DNA of 64,000 bases from positions 11,782,591 through 11,846,590 of the forward strand of contig CAJINV010000002.1 of the NCBI GenBank assembly GCA_905178155.1, given 5' to 3'. This DNA comes from Amoebophrya sp. A120 (lineage: Eukaryota; Protista; Dinoflagellata). Positions 59,701 to 64,000 of this stretch are shown here, piece by piece; positions within the stretch are counted from its first letter, which is position 1; each line of letters begins with the position of its first letter. A program made the position numbers and the translations under genes. Below the pieces are notes generated by a model. The model made no database searches and was not told the origin of the DNA. It saw only the letters and a list, made by a program, of their open reading frames with translations.

Positions 59701-61568
59701 TGGTGAGGTCACAAAAAAAGCTGCCGCGGCTTTGCACCTCCAGACGGAAGACGCAGCGGAAGGCGCCGCTGCGCTGAGCAGCTCGCGGGCGCAGGACGGA
59801 GCGTCTCTCCTCCAGGAACGCCAACTTCACGAGGAACATGGGCATGACGCACGCAGAACAAAGAAGTCGTCCGACCAAATCAGCGTGCTTGCGGGGAAAA
59901 TCGAGCCGGCCGACGAGGGTCCCAATCCTTTCAACTTTTCGCTGTACTTCGTGGGGACGCAGCCGACAGAAGGCAGTGAGACGCTGAAGAAATTTCACAA
60001 CAGTACGAAGCTGGACGAAGCGGTGCGTAAAACGCTGCAGAAGCATATTCTGAAGGAGCAAAAGAACCTCACGAACAACACTACCACAATGGACCTGCAG
60101 GGCATTCAGATTCAGCTCGTGAAGGAGGTCACGTTCCGGGGCATCGCTGGGGGAGAGGACGGCCACGCAGCGGCAGCGAGCGCGTCATTCTCCTTAGCCG
60201 ATGTGGGGGACGAGGCAAACCTGGAAAATCTCGAAGCCTTGGGTTCGGTCATGGATCGGGAGCTGGATAAGGAATTGGACCAGGAGATGGACGCGTTTGT
60301 GGAAGCTAGCAAAAACAGTTCAGACCTGTCGTCCCCGTATCTTCAAGTTTTTCACGCGCGGAGGCTCGAGAAGAAACTCGTCAAGCGGCTGGAGATCCGG
60401 CAGGCGGAGATTCGGCAGAAGCGGCACGCGTGGCGCCGCACGATGTTGGTGGAGAGCATGCGCAAGAAGAAAATGGCAAAGTACAAACAGAAACGGCAGC
60501 AAAGCGGCCGCCCGCCGCGGGAAAGCGAGGCTGGCGGCGAGAAGAAAGGTCATCAGAACCGTGACAGCAAGAGACGAAGTAGGGAGAGAGGTCCTGTGAG
60601 CAGTAACAATTCAGGTAGTTCAGCATTGATGCGACAGCAGGAAAACGAACATGGCGACGAGCAATCAAGCCCTGAGTCGGCGTTTTCCTTTCAGGCGCTG
60701 TTTGAAAAACGAAGCCGCAAGAAAGAGGGGCAGAGTGCTGGATTGGAGCCGCCGTATTTCTTGTGGTGCGATCTGAAGCCCTCTGCGCTCGACGAAATCG
60801 ATGCGTGGTGGAACCCCATTTTGCTTTTCGAGTTTCCGAACGGGAAGGGGTTTATCGTGCTCATCGTGTCATTCGGGTTACTGTTTTTGGTCACGTGCCG
60901 ACACTACCTGCTGTGCAGCCGGCGACCGCGGCCAAAGGACCCAGCGCTGCAAATGCTGGAAGATGGAGAGTTTGACGTTGACCCAATCCTCTTGGCTGCG
61001 AGCGCCAAGCACGGACGAAAAAAGATGAAGCCGCCGAAAGCGGCATCCAAAATCGGGGGAATCAAACTTGGCCTCGCTTATCCACTGGAAAAACTTCTCG
61101 TTTTTGCCCCCGAGAGAAAAGTTTTTTAGATTTATTTTCACGTTCGGGTGAATTTTTTGCAAGCGCGTTGTATCTCGACGACGAGATACTTGCTCTTGCC
61201 ATACTAGAGGGAACGTCGGATAATTTCGTTTATGTGTAGTGAGAGAGGTTTTTCCTACGGATAGGCCCGGCGGCGAATTCTACCAGGGACAGCGCGGTCT
61301 TAGCAGCGGTTCGCCCATCTCCGGCAAACCGTCAACGTCATTCGCAGGCGGGGCAGCGGCGAGCAGTGGTTTCGCGAAAAGTGGCGCCTTCGGTGCGGGC
61401 AGTGGTGCCTTCGGTGCGGGGAGTGGTGCCTTCGGTGGAGGTTCAGCAGCGGCAGGCTCGGCCGCTTTCGGGAAGCCTGCGGCGACGGGTTCTGCCGCAT
61501 TCGGAGCACCGAAAAGCGGCGGGGCGTCCAGTGCCTTCGGAGCCAGCGCAGCTTTTGGGAAAAAGTAA
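53770..61568 (+). CDS. Very large Cys-rich surface/type I membrane protein, multi-exon
   Basis: TSP1-like CEWSSWTSW and many C..C...CC modules. ORFs 53770, micro-exon 56268-56328, 56754, 57912 and 59003 join in frame via two introners and GT-AG introns (e.g. 57777-58058). TM GFIVLIVSFGLLFLV. The AFG-repeat last exon is tentative and the 5' end unresolved. Confidence 0.7.
56002..56262. mobile_element. Introner-like TIR element 3, family A, inverted relative to elements 1 and 4
   Basis: TATCAAATGCAAAAGTGTCTGGGTCTG / CAGACCCAGACATATTTGCAATCCATA. Direct repeat ACAAC. Removing 266 nt gives ASDN-ALCATNRC. Confidence 0.88.
56329..56752. mobile_element. Introner-like TIR element 4, family A, with a nested 170-nt insert
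   Basis: TATCAAATGTAAAAATGTCTTGGTCTGG / CCAGACCCAGACATTTTTACAGTTGATA. Direct repeat GATGT. Removing 429 nt gives ACCRMM-CSEGN. Confidence 0.9.
56545..56711 (+). mobile_element. Short nested insertion with (CCAA)n tail; probable 5'-truncated retrocopy
   Basis: Absent from homologous element 1, flanked by GTG repeats, ends TATCCAACCAACCAACCAA. Confidence 0.6.
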
Positions 61569-62062
61569 GCTCACTTATCGCACACAGAGAACATAGTGCA
61601 TGTATCCTATCGTGCAGCTACATGGAGTAGAAAAAAGAATTTTAACAAAACCAAAGAGTTTTCTTGTCGCCCAAAAGTTACTTTTTTTTGTTTCAATAAA
61701 TGTTTTGCGAACTACTACTTAATTTTATGCGTGAGTAAATGCCTTTCAGTTCTTTCAGAAAACTTCACTTATGCGAAAGATAAAGTAACCCAAGTTCATG
61801 TTTAAATATCGTGTCGGAAGCGCGCCTTGTGTCTGATGAATCAACCAGTAAGGTGTGAATTTCCATGAAAGCGATGCTATACCACTCGCAACACTAGCAC
61901 ACGTAAGTGCTATGCTACTCGCCACACCGCCCGGCCATATCATACCCTACTTCGTCTACGCTTTATTCTGCTTTTTATCTAATTGCATTACTCAATGACA
62001 ATGTACATGTAACTGTAGTTTTCCGCTTATTCATTGCCTTGCCTCGCGTATTAGAAAGGTCC

Positions 62063-64000
62063 TGTTGATAATGGCCCTAGAGAAAAACTTCTACGAAAAT
62101 ACGTACTAGCGATTGTTTGTAAAAGGAAAAGTGTTAGAACCTAGGCGGTTACTACAATCAACGACGAAGAAACGCGGGCGGCGTGAACACTGGCCATCTT
62201 AAATCTCAGCTAGAATCTAGGTGAGGCCCAGTGTTTCTTAGTCGCAATCAATAGTCAATTTGAACTAGCGTCACAGCCTGTAGGGAAAATTTAAAGGTTC
62301 ACAAACACACACAAGCTCTCATGTCTCACGGTCTAAGACAGCCTCTAAATCAGATCGAGATTTTGTGGTCTTGATCATCACAAATTTTGAGCGCCATCGT
62401 GATTCAAATTCGTGCGTCTTGATCTTCATCGTGATTCCAAAATTTACATCGTGACTCGCTTGAATGAGCATTCGACTTAGGTCGGTGGGAATTTTGCCAT
62501 ATGATCCTAACGGATTTCATATCTTGGTCGACATTCCCCCTTCCGAATGAACATTAAATCATCGAAATGAATCAGATGAGACGACTCTGCGTGAAATTCG
62601 CATCAATCAATCTTAGAGATTAGTGAAGTCAACAAAGTGGGCTTTCGCAAATACTTCATTAGCTTTTCGGGCGGGAGCTTTGAAGATTTGGATATACTTT
62701 TCTCCTGGGAGTGGTTTTGTCAATCCATCCGCTAGATTGATATCTGTGTCTGTTTACATAGCACAAGTCTTTTGCGTAGTCTCGTACTAGGTGTAGTCGA
62801 AGACTCATGTGCTTGGATCTTTTCGTGGCTATGGTTGTCTGACTCAACGCAAGCGCGGGCGTGTTGTCGTTGAAGATCAACGGTAGAGATCCTGACTCTT
62901 GTTCTGAAAACCAGTTCAAATATCCTTGATCCATTGTCATCCTAACACAGTCATACATCGCGCAATGCTCGGCTTCCATTGTTGACCGAGCGACGTAGCT
63001 CGAATCGTATTGACGTTTCGACTTCCAGCAAATGGGAACTCCGCGGCGATATAAGATTGCTCCTGACGTGGATCGAAAACTTACAGAACATCCTGCAAAA
63101 TCTGCATCGCAGAAAGCTATAGTGTCTCTGTATTCCTTGTTTTCTAGCTCTGCGGCTTTTGTGTAAATTTCTTTGAACTTCTTCGCTTGCTGCTTGCTGT
63201 ATTCTAATCCTTGCGATTTGGTTCCTTTCAAATACGCTAGAATACGCTTGGCATCTTTTGCCGTTTGGTCGGTTGGACTAGCTACCTGCGTCGCTACTCT
63301 TTGTGCTGCGAATGCGATATCAGGCCGGGCGACGCAACTGATATACAACATTCCGCCTACTAGCGATCTTATCGGAAGTGTGGAATTCGACGGCGAGTCC
63401 AGGTCTGCGTGGGAATTTGGTAAACATGGGGAAACTGCTGCGCGGCAGTCCTTCATGTGAAATTTCTTAAGCAGTTTATCAATTGCGTCTTCGCAAGTGA
63501 TCTTCGTGGCCCTCTTCTTCGCGTCGAAGGTCAATTTTGCGCCGAGAAGGTCGCGGATCTCATTGCCTTCTCTGTCATATTCTGCGAGAATTTCTTTTCC
63601 TGGGAACTCTGCTAAAATTGCACTCATTTCTGCAGCGACAAGGTCATCGTCTTCGCCTGAGATAGTGTTGCCATCTACATAGACTGCTAGCCAGAGTTCT
63701 TGTTCTTTTGTTTCCCTGTTTGTCTTTTGCAAACTTCTTGAACAGACCTGGTTCGTGTTCGGATACAACCCAGCCTAACTTCTTGAGTTTGCCGGAATAT
63801 TCGCCATACCAGCGGCGTGGGCTGATCTTCAGACCGTATAACGACTTTAACAGCCTGACAACGTCGCCTTTTTCTTTGTTCTTGCTCCAGCTGTTGTGCT
63901 TGGGCAGGCGACATAACGCGATCTCGTCGCCTAGAGCTGCACGCACAAACGCATTTGAAGTATCGAACTGTCTAACTTTCCATCCGCGTGCTGCTGCTTC
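62063..64000 (-). mobile_element. Ty1/copia retrotransposon 3' part (RT-RNase H, PPT, 3' LTR), degenerate, truncated by the window
   Basis: Motifs FDTSNAFV, LLKSLYGLKISPRRWY, VYVDG (mutated YVDD), RPDIAFA, FCDADFAG, RSTSG, RSKHM; frameshift near 63720. PPT GGAAGGGGGAA precedes TGTCGA at 62533. The LTR far end is 62063 (alternatively 62132). Confidence 0.9.

Noticed and set aside
61239-61568. FG-nucleoporin
   Set aside because: Short AFG-rich ORF without its own ATG, more likely the last exon of the upstream membrane protein.

Overview
Eukaryotic nuclear DNA, most consistent with a syndinian/dinoflagellate such as Amoebophrya (inference: co-oriented genes, short GT-AG introns alongside non-canonical inverted-repeat introns, a TTTAGGG remnant). 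About eight host genes all lie on the + strand: a membrane protein, a small TM protein, an FTP/discoidin-like lectin, an ankyrin-PARP, a coiled-coil protein, a U1-type zinc-finger protein, a divergent kinase-like protein and a very large Cys-rich surface protein. The strongest signal is six TIR-bounded elements (TAT...ATA ends, 5-bp direct repeats) inside coding exons. Each restores the frame and conserved motifs only if removed exactly with one repeat copy, no register gives GT-AG, and one sits in the opposite orientation to its relatives. A decayed, very divergent Ty1/copia-like LTR element occupies 26583-47614. It has an extra upstream ORF, a CW-like zinc finger, two further frame-preserving TIR insertions (TC...GA, 6-bp repeats) and a 6.4-kb exact duplication across an N gap that is probably an assembly artefact. 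A second copia begins on the - strand at the window end. All alignments were made by eye and splicing is inferred, not observed.
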